A stretch of DNA of 64,000 bases, from NCBI GenBank assembly GCA_963702435.1, contig CAVPCR010000002.1:544001-608000 (forward strand). Reading direction: 5' to 3'. Below, piece after piece: positions 39,151 through 48,314 of this stretch. The position numbers and the translations under genes were made by a program. Positions within the stretch are counted from its first letter, which is position 1. Each line of letters opens with the position of its first letter. Under the pieces are notes generated by a model, which searched no databases, was not told the DNA's origin, and saw nothing but the letters and a program-made list of their open reading frames with translations. The DNA comes from Candidatus Eiseniibacteriota bacterium. Its GTDB lineage: Bacteria > Eisenbacteria > RBG-16-71-46 > CAVPCR01.

Positions 39151-39807
39151 CTAGGTGCCGGACTCGGTGGGGCCTGGCTCGTCGACAGCGACGGGGACGG
39201 CCCCGAAGGGCGCGGCCACGGCCTCGCCCGGCGCATCCGGAGTGGTCTGCCTTTGCGCGCTGATCGTGAAGTTGACGACGGCCCGGTTGTCGATGGTGCC
39301 GCGCTGGGCCACCACCAGATCGACCTGGTCGTAGTAGACCGAGCGCTCGAGCGTGCGGATCAGCTCGGCCACGAGCAGATTCGAGAATGTGACTCCGTTC
39401 AGGGCGATCGAGCCGTTCTGCTCGGAGAAGCCCGTGAGCCACATGTAGTCCGGGAGCCGCTTCGAGAGCTCGTCGGTGAGGCGCACGCGCGACAGGCGGT
39501 CCTGATCCAGGCTCTCGATCACAGCGAGGCGCTTGAGCGTGAGCTCGCGCTCGCGAGTGAGCTGATCGATGCGCTGGATCAGGGGCGCGAGCTCGATCGC
39601 TTCCGCCTTGAGCGCGGAGATCTCTCCGCGCAGATGGCGCAGGCGCACGGTCTGCAGGGTCGAGACCGCGGCCAGCGCGGCGACCAGGGCGCAGAAGATG
39701 ATGAACGGAGCGGCCGCCGAGATGCTCGGCAGCGCCATGCGCGGCTTCGCCGCATGCTCCGTCACCGGGAGCAAGTTGATCCGGATCATCCGTTCGGCGA
39801 TTTGCAT
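39151..39807 (-). CDS. pilN: Type IV pilus assembly protein PilN
   Basis: MIRINLLP motif, TM, coiled coil, LPDYMWL. Confidence 0.88.
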   Translation of the reverse strand: MQIAERMIRINLLPVTEHAAKPRMALPSISAAAPFIIFCALVAALAAVSTLQTVRLRHLRGEISALKAEAIELAPLIQRIDQLTRERELTLKRLAVIESLDQDRLSRVRLTDELSKRLPDYMWLTGFSEQNGSIALNGVTFSNLLVAELIRTLERSVYYDQVDLVVAQRGTIDNRAVVNFTISAQRQTTPDAPGEAVAAPFGAVPVAVDEPGPTESGT

Positions 39808-40865
39808 CAGTTGTTCACCTTCCGCAGAGCCAGTCCGACGGCCACCGAGTACTGGGGCGCCTGCGCGGCCCACTTCTCGGCATCGACGCGTGACGGATCG
39901 ATCTCGAGTCGCGCCAGCGGATCCACGACCTCGACCGCCACCTGCTGGCGCTCGGCCAGGAACTCGCGCAGGCCGGCAATGCTCGCGCCGCCGCCGGCGA
40001 TGAAGATGCGGGTCACGCCCTCGGCCTCGCCGGTCGACTTGAGGTAGGCCGCGGCGCGTTCGACCGCCGAGGCCAGATCCTCGAACACCTCGCCCACCGT
40101 GCCGGCGAGATCGATCTCGCCGTCGGCGGCCCCCGCCGTCCCGGTGAGGACACCCTCGGCCTCCTCCTGGCCGAGCGCGTACTTGCGCTTGAGCCCCTCG
40201 ATCAGGGTCGAGGTGCCGAGCGCGATGTCCTTGGTGTAGAGCGGCGCGCCGGCGCGCACGATGTTGAGGTTGGTCTCCTCGGCGCCCACGTTGATGAGCG
40301 CAGCGACTTCGTCATCGGCCATCTCGTAGTTGGCGAGGACCGCGTTCTGGAGCGCGAAGGCGTCGACGTCGATGACTTCCGGATTGAGACCGGCTTCGCG
40401 CACCAGGTCGGCGTGCGAGAGCACCATGTCCTTCTTGGCGGCGACCAGGAGCACCTCCATCTGCTTGGCGGAGGGCTCCGACTTGAGGATCTGGAAGTCG
40501 AGGGTGACGTCGTTGATGTCGTAGGGGATGTGCTGCTCCGCCTCCCACTGGATGGCCGTGCGCGCATCCTCCTGCTCGAGCCGGTCCATCCAGATCTTCT
40601 TGACGATGACCGCGCGGCCGCTGACCGCGGTCGCCACGCTCTTCGTCTTGATGCCTTCCTGCGCGAACAGGTTCTGGATGGCCTCGATCACCGCTTGCCG
40701 GTCGATGACCTCGGAATCGACGATCGCCTCGTTGAGGAGAGGGGCCTGCGCGAAGCGCACGAGCTTGGCTTCGCGGCCGTGGACCTCGAGTTCGACCAGC
40801 TTGACCGAGCTCGAACCGATGTCCAGGCCGATGACGGTCTGTTGCTTCCTCTGCCTGCCGAGCAT
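39807..40865 (-). CDS. pilM: Type IV pilus assembly protein PilM
   Basis: IGLDIGSSSVKLVEL, WEAEQHIPY, VLLVAAKK, IDVDAFALQN, AGGGA, VAVGLALR. Confidence 0.93.
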   Translation of the reverse strand: MLGRQRKQQTVIGLDIGSSSVKLVELEVHGREAKLVRFAQAPLLNEAIVDSEVIDRQAVIEAIQNLFAQEGIKTKSVATAVSGRAVIVKKIWMDRLEQEDARTAIQWEAEQHIPYDINDVTLDFQILKSEPSAKQMEVLLVAAKKDMVLSHADLVREAGLNPEVIDVDAFALQNAVLANYEMADDEVAALINVGAEETNLNIVRAGAPLYTKDIALGTSTLIEGLKRKYALGQEEAEGVLTGTAGAADGEIDLAGTVGEVFEDLASAVERAAAYLKSTGEAEGVTRIFIAGGGASIAGLREFLAERQQVAVEVVDPLARLEIDPSRVDAEKWAAQAPQYSVAVGLALRKVNN

Positions 40866-40954
40866 CTCGGGGATCTCCGTGGGATCAGAGTGGCGTGGCG
40901 CAGCCGCACAGCGCGATAGCACCCGCTCGCATTGCGGGCGCCAGAGGCCTCTGG

Positions 40955-40970
40955 AGCAATGCACGTGCCA
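40955..40970 (-). promoter_or_regulatory. Sigma54 -24/-12 promoter of pilMNOPQ
   Basis: Minus strand TGGCAC-GTGCA-TTGCT, a consensus match. TGCACGATGCA lies at 41101-41111. Confidence 0.75.
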
Positions 40971-41156
40971 TGTTGCACGTCTTGGGTGGACCGCCCCGCC
41001 CGGGCTGGAAGTCGTTGTCCGAGCGCCCGGCGGAGCGGGTGGGCGGCCCCCGGAACAGCGGCGATCCGCTCTGGTACGGTCAGAATCCTCTGGCTGCGCT
41101 TGCACGATGCATTGAGGCGCGGCCAGTTCGCCCGCGCGGCCCGCCTGGCGTCCACG

Positions 41157-41981
41157 CTAGCTCCGGTTGCCGAAGAGCCCCCAGTACCAGGCGGCAACGG
41201 GCGGCCCGAAGAAAAGGACGAATACCCCGACCGGGGCGAGGAAGGAGCCGAAGGGCAGCGCGGTCTTCGTGGTGCCGCGCCCGCTCGCGATCAGGATGAC
41301 CCCTGCGAGCGAGCCGATCACGGAGGCGAGGAAGATGGTGAGGAAGACTCCGCCCAGGCCGAGGAAGGCGCCGAGGAGTGCGGCGAGTTTGACGTCGCCG
41401 AAACCGAGTCCCTCGACGCCGGTCGCCCGGCGATAACCCAGGGCGACGAGCCACAGACCGAGCGCGCCGCCGAGGGCGCCGCCGAGGGCACGCAGGGTGT
41501 GGGCGGGGAATGTCCCCGCCCCGGACGCGCTCACGAGTTCGAGCCCGAGCGCGGTACCGAGGCCGATCGTCACTCCGGGGAGCGTGATCGCGTCGGGTAT
41601 GATCTGCCAGTCGAGATCGATAAAGGTGACGGCAACGAGCGCGGCGCCGAAGGCGAAGTAGGCGAGCGCGCCCGGTCCGGCACCGAAGCGCACGAGCACC
41701 GCGAGCGCCAGGAGCCCCGTCAGGAGCTCGACCAGCGGATAGCGCCAGGCGATCGCCGCGCGGCAGCACCTGCAGCGACCGCGCAGCAACACGAACGAGA
41801 GGAGGGGCACCAGGTCGAACCACCGCAGCTGCGTCCGGCAATGCGGGCATGCGGAACGGCCATTCACGCCCTCGCCGCGCGGCAGGCGGTAGATGACCAC
41901 ATTCAAGAAACTACCGATCGCGATTCCGAAGAGGAAGACGAAGGCGAGGATGAGAACGGTCGGATCGGCCATGGCGATCAC
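41157..41981 (-). CDS. pilD: Prepilin peptidase/N-methyltransferase
   Basis: GSFLNVVIYRLP, RSACPHC, GRCRCC, RYPLVE, FIDL, G.GFGDVKL, LPFGSFL. Confidence 0.93.
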   Translation of the reverse strand: MIAMADPTVLILAFVFLFGIAIGSFLNVVIYRLPRGEGVNGRSACPHCRTQLRWFDLVPLLSFVLLRGRCRCCRAAIAWRYPLVELLTGLLALAVLVRFGAGPGALAYFAFGAALVAVTFIDLDWQIIPDAITLPGVTIGLGTALGLELVSASGAGTFPAHTLRALGGALGGALGLWLVALGYRRATGVEGLGFGDVKLAALLGAFLGLGGVFLTIFLASVIGSLAGVILIASGRGTTKTALPFGSFLAPVGVFVLFFGPPVAAWYWGLFGNRS

Positions 41982-42710
41982 TCCTTACCGCCCGGGCGCG
42001 CGTTGACACCGGCACGGTCCAGCTCGGCCCGGATCTCGGCCATCTTCTGCTCGGCGAGCGTGCGCATCGCCGGGTTTGTCGTGTTCTCGAGCAGGTCCTG
42101 CCACAGGGCGAGCGCGGTCCTCAAGTCCCCGCTCCGCGCCTTGGCGTGCGCCGCGAAGCGCACGACGTAGCCCGGCGCGCCGGGCAAGCGCGCCGCGCGC
42201 GCAAAGTAGTACGCTGCGTCGCGGTCGTGCCCCTTCGTCAGGTAATAGATGAATCCGGTCCAGAAGGGCAGCTCCCAGCGCCCCGGATTGCGGGCCACCC
42301 CTTCCTTCATCAGGGCAAGCCCCCGGTCGCGATCGCGCCCCTCGGCCGCGAGCACGAGCCCGCCGAAGAGGTACGCCTCGCAGAAGCGCGGATCGAGTTG
42401 GGTGATCGTCGAGAAGACGTGGCCCGCCATCGGAAACCGGTTGTCGGTCATCCGGTGCTCGCCGTAGTACTGGATGGCGCGAAGCCACAGGAAGTCGGCG
42501 AGCATGAGCGGATGCCCGAGCGCCATCGGCTTGAGGAGGTAGCCAGAGGGGAAGTACATGAGCTCCCCGCCGGCGCGCCCGTCGCGGCGGAGGCCGTGGA
42601 TCTCGCGCGACGTCGCCACCACGAGTGCCGCGAGAACGAGCGCGCACGCGATGAGGCGCCAGGGCAGACCCGCTCGGCGGCAGGGGATCCGCTCGCTGCT
42701 CATGGCGCTC
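41978..42710 (-). CDS. Pilus-associated membrane-anchored TPR-like protein (PilG/XapA-like)
   Basis: N-terminal TM, LADFLWLRAIQYYG, TQLDPRF, GF.YY helical repeats. Follows the ABC permease. Confidence 0.65.
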
Positions 42711-43464
42711 ATCGGAACTCGCGCCGCTCGAAGACGAGCACGGCCAGGACAAGAGCGAGGGCGGCGTAGCTCGCGCCGTGGGCCGCGGCGAGCGCGAGCC
42801 GCCCGATCTCGATCGGGAGCCCGTGCACCACTTCGGGGCGCACATCGAAGCTCGCTAGATTGGGGAGCGCGCAGTAGGCCCAGGCCAGGGTCGGCGCCCC
42901 CGCCGCCACCGCGAAATCGGCGAGATCACCCACCAGATGCCCCGCGACGTAGGTGGCGACGGTCAGGAAGGCGGCCACCAGCGGCCCCGCGAAGCTCGCA
43001 TAGAGGATGACGACCGCCCCGAGAGTGGCGAGCTCGAGGAAGACCATGCCGCCGCCGAGGAGACTCCGTGGCTCGAAGCCGCCGGTCACGAGGGCGAGCG
43101 CGACCAGGAGAAAGCCCGTCTCCGCCGCCACCAGCACGCCGAGCGTGACGAGGAGGCCCAGGTACTTGCCGAGGATGTAATCCGCGCGGCGGATGGGTTT
43201 CGCGAGCAGCACATCCACCGTGCGACGCTCGATCTCGCGCGCGACCAGGTTGGTCCCGAGGAGGGTGAGCACGAGGAGGCCGAGGAGGCTCGTCGCGGTG
43301 AGGCCGAGATCGATCACGATCCGCTTCACCTGCCCGAGTGCGATCGGCGCAAGGAGGGTCGCCCCGGCGATGATGAGAAGTCCCGAGCCGCCAAGCACGT
43401 AGAGGACCTGGGCGCGCATGGCTTCCCGCACGGTGTGCCAGGCGATCGCGAAGATCCGACTCAT
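42709..43464 (-). CDS. ABC transporter permease (PilI-like)
   Basis: IA..TVREA.R, REIERRT...LL.KPI.R..YILGKYLG, C-terminal FERREF. Confidence 0.85.
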   Translation of the reverse strand: MSRIFAIAWHTVREAMRAQVLYVLGGSGLLIIAGATLLAPIALGQVKRIVIDLGLTATSLLGLLVLTLLGTNLVAREIERRTVDVLLAKPIRRADYILGKYLGLLVTLGVLVAAETGFLLVALALVTGGFEPRSLLGGGMVFLELATLGAVVILYASFAGPLVAAFLTVATYVAGHLVGDLADFAVAAGAPTLAWAYCALPNLASFDVRPEVVHGLPIEIGRLALAAAHGASYAALALVLAVLVFERREFR

Positions 43465-44465
43465 GCTGCGTCCTCCCCTGTCGTGCGCACGAAGTAGTCC
43501 TCCAGTCGCTCGCGGTGACGCTCGAGCGACTCGATCCGCCCGCCGGCCTGCAGCACGCGGATGACCAGGCGATCGAGACGGGCCGGGTCGTGGACGAGCA
43601 CGCGCACGTTCGGGCCGCGCTCCTCAACCATGTCATCGGCGGCGACGAGCCGTGCGACGAGATCGGCGGATACGTTCCGCACCAGCACCTCGACCGCGTG
43701 GAGGCGCACCGTGGTCAGCTCCTCGATGCGGCCGACCGCGACCAGGCGGCCGCCGTTCAGGATGCCGACGCGATCGCAGATGGCCTCGACGTCGGGGACG
43801 ATGTGGGTCGAGAAGAAGACGGTGCGGCCGCTCGCGCGCAGGCCATCGATCAGATCGCGCACGTCGCGGCGGCCGAGCGGATCGAGCCCTGACATCGGCT
43901 CGTCGAGGATCAGGAGCTCGGGCTCGTGGACTATGGCCTGGGCGATACCCACCCGCTGCACCATGCCCTTCGACAGCTTGCGGAGCGGCGTGCGCGCATA
44001 CGCCTCGATCTTGAGGGTGGCCGTGAGCTCGGCGATGCGGCGCCGGCGGTGCGGGCCCGAGAGGCCGGCCAGCGATCCGGCGAGATCGAGAACCTCGACC
44101 GGGGTCAGATGCTCGGGAAAGACGGGATTCTCGGGCAGATAGCCGATTCGACGCCGCACGGCTGGCGCACGGGGATCGGCCCCGAAGAGACGCACTGCGC
44201 CGGCGCTCGGGCGGGCGAGGCCGATGAGGCAGCGAATCGTCGTCGTCTTCCCGGCGCCGTTCAATCCCAGAAAGCCGAAGACCTCGCCCTCGCATACTTC
44301 GAGGTCGAGGCCCCGGAGCACCGGCTTCCGCTGGAGCGTGAGCGGGGAGCGAAAGGTCTTCTCGAGCCCGGCGATCGCGAGAACCGACCGCCGCGCGGCC
44401 GGTCCGGGCGCCGCCCCCGCCTCCGTGGCCTCCCACTCATCTGCGAACGCATGCGCTCCCTGCAT
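43461..44465 (-). CDS. ABC transporter ATP-binding protein (PilH-like)
   Basis: [44 protein letters not shown] before ATG 44465. Confidence 0.9.
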   Translation of the reverse strand: MQGAHAFADEWEATEAGAAPGPAARRSVLAIAGLEKTFRSPLTLQRKPVLRGLDLEVCEGEVFGFLGLNGAGKTTTIRCLIGLARPSAGAVRLFGADPRAPAVRRRIGYLPENPVFPEHLTPVEVLDLAGSLAGLSGPHRRRRIAELTATLKIEAYARTPLRKLSKGMVQRVGIAQAIVHEPELLILDEPMSGLDPLGRRDVRDLIDGLRASGRTVFFSTHIVPDVEAICDRVGILNGGRLVAVGRIEELTTVRLHAVEVLVRNVSADLVARLVAADDMVEERGPNVRVLVHDPARLDRLVIRVLQAGGRIESLERHRERLEDYFVRTTGEDAA

Positions 44466-44575
44466 GGCGCCCCCTCCCCCGGCATGCACGGCGGCGGCGC
44501 CTCCGCTTGGCCGGAAGCGCCGCCCCGTCGCCGGGTCCGGATCGGAACCGACAGTCAAACGTGCGCGGCTATTGA

Positions 44576-44986
44576 CTACGTGCCGTTGGTCAGGCTGAGC
44601 GGGAGGATGGCATCCTTCCCGTAGCCCGAGATCACGTAGCTGATGGTCGCGTTGTTGACCGTGTTGTCGACGTACCCGACCCTGCCCTGCGCGTTCGCAA
44701 CGGCATCCATCGGGAGCTCGGTCGCACCGGTGAACGGATTGCCGAAGCCCGTGGTGTCGGGCAGTGCGCCGCGGAAGTCAACGACGTTGTCCGGATAGTC
44801 ACCGTTCTGACGAACGGCGTAATCCTCAGCCGCCAGCTGGGTCGTGTGCATGTTCGACTTGACCGCAGCTTCCTTGGCCCGCGCCTGCATCTGGACGAAG
44901 TTCGGAATCGCAATCGCGGCCAGGATGCCGATGATCACGACCACGATCATGAGCTCGATGAGGGTGAAACCCTTCATGCTACGCAT
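44576..44986 (-). CDS. pilA: Type IVa major pilin
   Basis: MRSMKG|FTLIELMIVVVIIGILAAIAIPNF class III signal with E5, GGAGG RBS, own sigma54 promoter. Confidence 0.9.
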   Translation of the reverse strand: MRSMKGFTLIELMIVVVIIGILAAIAIPNFVQMQARAKEAAVKSNMHTTQLAAEDYAVRQNGDYPDNVVDFRGALPDTTGFGNPFTGATELPMDAVANAQGRVGYVDNTVNNATISYVISGYGKDAILPLSLTNGT

Positions 44987-45079
44987 GAAACCAACCTCCT
45001 ATTCCGGATCCGGCTTGTTCGCCGTGAACCCCGGCACCCGTGAGGCCGGCGCCGGGATGACACTCGCAGCTCCCGAGGT

Positions 45080-45095
45080 AGCATTCCCCGTGCCA
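45080..45095 (-). promoter_or_regulatory. Sigma54 -24/-12 promoter of pilA
   Basis: Minus strand TGGCAC-GGGGA-ATGCT. A cluster of TGCA tetramers lies at 45212-45254. Confidence 0.75.
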
Positions 45096-45273
45096 CCATC
45101 GTCCGCCGCGACCATCTCGTGAACTAACGGCCAGTTGCGGGGCCGATCGAGGGACCCCCGCAGGTTCCTGCGGCCTGCCGCCGCATGTAAATCGCTATCA
45201 CGATTGCGGAGTGCACTGGGTTCGCGTTCTGCACGGTCCTGCATCGAACTTGCACGCTCCGCGGTTGCGGGCC

Positions 45274-46686
45274 TTACGCGGCTCGCCGCTCCTCGCCCTC
45301 GCCGTCGCCCTCGTCCTCCCCCATGCCTTCGCCCCCCGCGCCCTCCATCTGATAGGACTGGAGCTTGCGGTAGAGGGTCGAGGGGTTGATGCCGAGGATC
45401 TCGCTTGCCCGCTTCTTCTGCCAGTTGGTGTGATTCAGCACCTTGAGGATGTACTCGCGCTCCAGTTCCTCGAGGGTCATGGTGGGCGAGTCGATGACGA
45501 GGCTGCCCTTGCGGAGCCCGCCGCTCCGGATCTTGATCGGCAGATCGTCGGCCCCGATCAGGCCGCCCTCGTTCAGGATCACCGCGCGCTCGATCACGTT
45601 CTCGAGCTCGCGCACATTGCCCGGCCAGTCGTACTTGGTGAGGATTTCCATCGCCTCGCGCGAGCAGGTCTTCAGCTCCTCGCCGCAGCACTTGTGCAGG
45701 AAGTGGTCGACGAGCAGCGGGATGTCGTCGCGGCGCTCGCGCAGGCACGGCAGCCGGACCGGGATGACGTTCAGGCGGTAGAAGAGGTCGGCGCGGAAGC
45801 GGCCCTCGGTCACCTCGCGCTCGAGATCGGCGTTGGTGGCCGCGATCAGGCGGACGTCGATCTTGATCGGCTTGGTGCCGCCGACCGGGATGATCTCGCG
45901 CTCCTGCAGCGCGCGCAGCAGCTTCACCTGGGTCGCCGGCGAGATCTCCCCCACCTCGTCCAGGAAGAAGGTGCCGCTCTCGGCCACCGTGAACAGGCCG
46001 TCCTGGTCGCGGATGGCGCCGGTGAACGAGCCCTTGACGTGGCCGAACAGGTTGGACTCGAGGAGGTCCTTGGGCAGCGCACCGCAGTTGATCGAGACGA
46101 AGGGTCCGCTCGATCGCTTGGAGCGGTAGTGGATCTCGCGGGCGATGAGCTCCTTGCCGGTGCCGCTCTCGCCGTAGATCAGGATGGTGGAATCGGTGTC
46201 CGCGACCTTGTCGACCATCTTGAAGACCGCCATCATCTCCTCGGACTTGCCGATGATGGGGCGCTCCTCGTGCGAGCGCTTGAGCTGGCGCTTCAGGACC
46301 TGGTTCTCCGATTGCAGCCTGCGCATGCGGAGCGCGTTCTTGACCGAGACCTTGATCTCGTCGTTCTTCGCGTTCTTCTCCAGGTACTGGAAGGCGCCCT
46401 TGTTGACGGCGTCGATCGCCGATTGTCGCGAGGCGAAGGCGGTCATGATGATGACGGGGATCGATGGATCGAGTTTCTTGATGCCGTCGAGGACGGCGAT
46501 CCCGTCAATACCCGGCATCTTGATGTCCGTGATGACGCAGTCGACCCGGGATTCCTGCGCCTTGTCGAGGGCTTCCGCCCCCGAGTTGACAGCAGTGACC
46601 CGGTATCCCTCCTTGCCGAGCAGGATCGAGATGAACTCGGTCATGCTCTGCTCGTCATCAACAACAAGGATGTGCTCGCCGGTCAT
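45274..46686 (-). CDS. pilR: NtrC-family sigma54 response regulator
   Basis: REC (VVDDE, TDIKMP), Walker A GESGTGKE, GSFTGA loop, FLDEVGE, FRADLFYRL, WPGNVRELEN, Fis HTH. Lies immediately upstream of pilA. Confidence 0.85.
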   Translation of the reverse strand: MTGEHILVVDDEQSMTEFISILLGKEGYRVTAVNSGAEALDKAQESRVDCVITDIKMPGIDGIAVLDGIKKLDPSIPVIIMTAFASRQSAIDAVNKGAFQYLEKNAKNDEIKVSVKNALRMRRLQSENQVLKRQLKRSHEERPIIGKSEEMMAVFKMVDKVADTDSTILIYGESGTGKELIAREIHYRSKRSSGPFVSINCGALPKDLLESNLFGHVKGSFTGAIRDQDGLFTVAESGTFFLDEVGEISPATQVKLLRALQEREIIPVGGTKPIKIDVRLIAATNADLEREVTEGRFRADLFYRLNVIPVRLPCLRERRDDIPLLVDHFLHKCCGEELKTCSREAMEILTKYDWPGNVRELENVIERAVILNEGGLIGADDLPIKIRSGGLRKGSLVIDSPTMTLEELEREYILKVLNHTNWQKKRASEILGINPSTLYRKLQSYQMEGAGGEGMGEDEGDGEGEERRAA

Positions 46687-46862
46687 CGAGTTACCTCATG
46701 AGGCCAGGGCTCAAGGATGCGGCCGGCGCCCGTGGCTGGCGCCGGAGAGCCGATTCACGGCTCCTGACGGGGTATCGGAAGGAGCAGGCGCTTTCTAAAG
46801 CAGCGATTGCAGCCTGCGAGGAGCGGCCGGCAGGGTGGGGAAAACGGCCCCGGGCGCGGGCG

Positions 46863-46945
46863 GGCGAGCCGGGAGCTGGCGGGCGAGCCGGGAGGGCAGG
46901 CGAGCCGGGAGGTCGGGCGAGCCGGGAGGGCTGGCGAGCCGGGAG
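46863..46945. repeat. Five copies of GGCGAGCCGGGAG at 17-19 bp period
   Basis: Copies start at 46863, 46882, 46899, 46916 and 46933. Confidence 0.8.
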
Positions 46946-46952
46946 GTCCGCC

Positions 46953-48269
46953 CTAGGCGGCGGCGCGGGCGAAGGCGGCCACGAGCTCCACGTGGAAGGT
47001 CTGCGGGAAGAGATCCACGAGGTCCACGCGCTCGAGGCGGTAGCCCCCAGCGAGGAGCGCCCGCGCATCGCGGGCGAAAGTGGCCAGATCGCAGGAGACC
47101 ATGAGGAGCCGTGGCGCGCCGAGGGCGAGCAGGGAAGCGGTCTCCTCGCGGAGCCCGGTCCGCGGCGGGTCGAGGAGCACGAGATCGTAGCGTTCGCCGG
47201 CGCCGGCGGCCCGTGCCAGCGCGGCCGCGGCCGCTGCCCGCTCGACCGTCACCTGCGGGAGACGGCGCACGGCGCGGCGGAGCGCGGCCACCGACCGCAT
47301 GCTGAGCTCGACGGCGTGGAGCGAGGCGACGAGGGGTGCGAGCGCGAGCGTGAAGTTCCCCGCCCCCGCATGCAGCTCGAGGACGCGCATCGCCGGCCCC
47401 GGCGCGGCGGCGGCGAGCACGCGGGCGCGGAGGAGCTCGTTCGCGGCGGCGTGCGCCTGCGTGAAGATCGCCGGCGGCAGATCGACGGGCGCACCCCCCG
47501 CCGTCGACTGCCGGATGGCGACCGCACCGTGGTTGTACGTGAAGCCATGCCCGGCCACCACGACGCCGGCGACTTCCGGCGTGCGCGCGAGGAAGCGCTC
47601 GATGCGCCCGCGGTCACCGGCCCCCAAGGGACCCGCTGCCGAGAAGGTGAGCACCGCACCGGGGAGCTCCCCGCGCGCATTCACGTCGCACGCGGTGACC
47701 GGCGTTGCGAGCTCGCGCGCGAGCGCGCGGGCCGGAGCGATCGCGGCGGCGACGGCCGGCTCGGCGACGGGGCAGGAGGGGATCTCGACGACCGAGTGGC
47801 TCTCGGCGCGCATGAAACCGACGCGCCCTGCCTGATCGACGGAGAGGCGGATGCGCCGGCGGTAGGCCCACTCGGCGGGCGCGGCGATCGCCTCGCCGAA
47901 CGCCTCCTCCCCGCCCGGCAGGCGACTGAGCTCGCGGCGCACGTTGGCGGTCTTCGCCGCAAGCTGATCGGGATAGTGGAGGTGCTGCCACGAGCAGCCG
48001 CCGCACAGCGGATAGGCGGGGCACGGCGCCGCACGGCGGCCGGGCCCGGGATGGCGCACGGCGACGATGGCGGCCTCGAGGTAGCGCGCGTGTCGCCGCG
48101 TGATGCGCGCCGTGATCTCGTCACCGGGCGCGCCGCCGCGGACGAGCACGGCCTGGCCGTCGCAACGACCGACGGCGAAGGGACCGTGCCCGAGGCTCTC
48201 GAGCGTGAGATCGATCGTGGAATCGCCCGGTTCTCGCGGCGGCGTGACGGCGGAGGCTTGCTCGCTCAT
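46953..48269 (-). CDS. rlmD: 23S rRNA m5U methyltransferase (RlmD/TrmA family)
   Basis: TRAM-like N-terminus, CPAYPLCGGC Fe-S motif, FTQ, AGAGNF, DPPRTG, VSCD, DLFPQTFHVE. Confidence 0.82.
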   Translation of the reverse strand: MSEQASAVTPPREPGDSTIDLTLESLGHGPFAVGRCDGQAVLVRGGAPGDEITARITRRHARYLEAAIVAVRHPGPGRRAAPCPAYPLCGGCSWQHLHYPDQLAAKTANVRRELSRLPGGEEAFGEAIAAPAEWAYRRRIRLSVDQAGRVGFMRAESHSVVEIPSCPVAEPAVAAAIAPARALARELATPVTACDVNARGELPGAVLTFSAAGPLGAGDRGRIERFLARTPEVAGVVVAGHGFTYNHGAVAIRQSTAGGAPVDLPPAIFTQAHAAANELLRARVLAAAAPGPAMRVLELHAGAGNFTLALAPLVASLHAVELSMRSVAALRRAVRRLPQVTVERAAAAAALARAAGAGERYDLVLLDPPRTGLREETASLLALGAPRLLMVSCDLATFARDARALLAGGYRLERVDLVDLFPQTFHVELVAAFARAAA

Positions 48270-48314
48270 AGGCGGGTGAGTGTAGCACCCGCCGGGCGGC
48301 GCGAGCGTGCAGAC

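Noticed and set aside
44576..44986. PilA as a Geobacter-type electrically conductive pilin
   Set aside because: Full-length (~130 aa mature), modest aromatic content by hand count (about 10 F/Y), and no aromatic residue at position 27.
46010..46045. GSFTGA instead of GAFTGA as inactivating PilR
   Set aside because: GSFTGA is a natural variant among sigma54 activators, and all other AAA+ motifs are intact.
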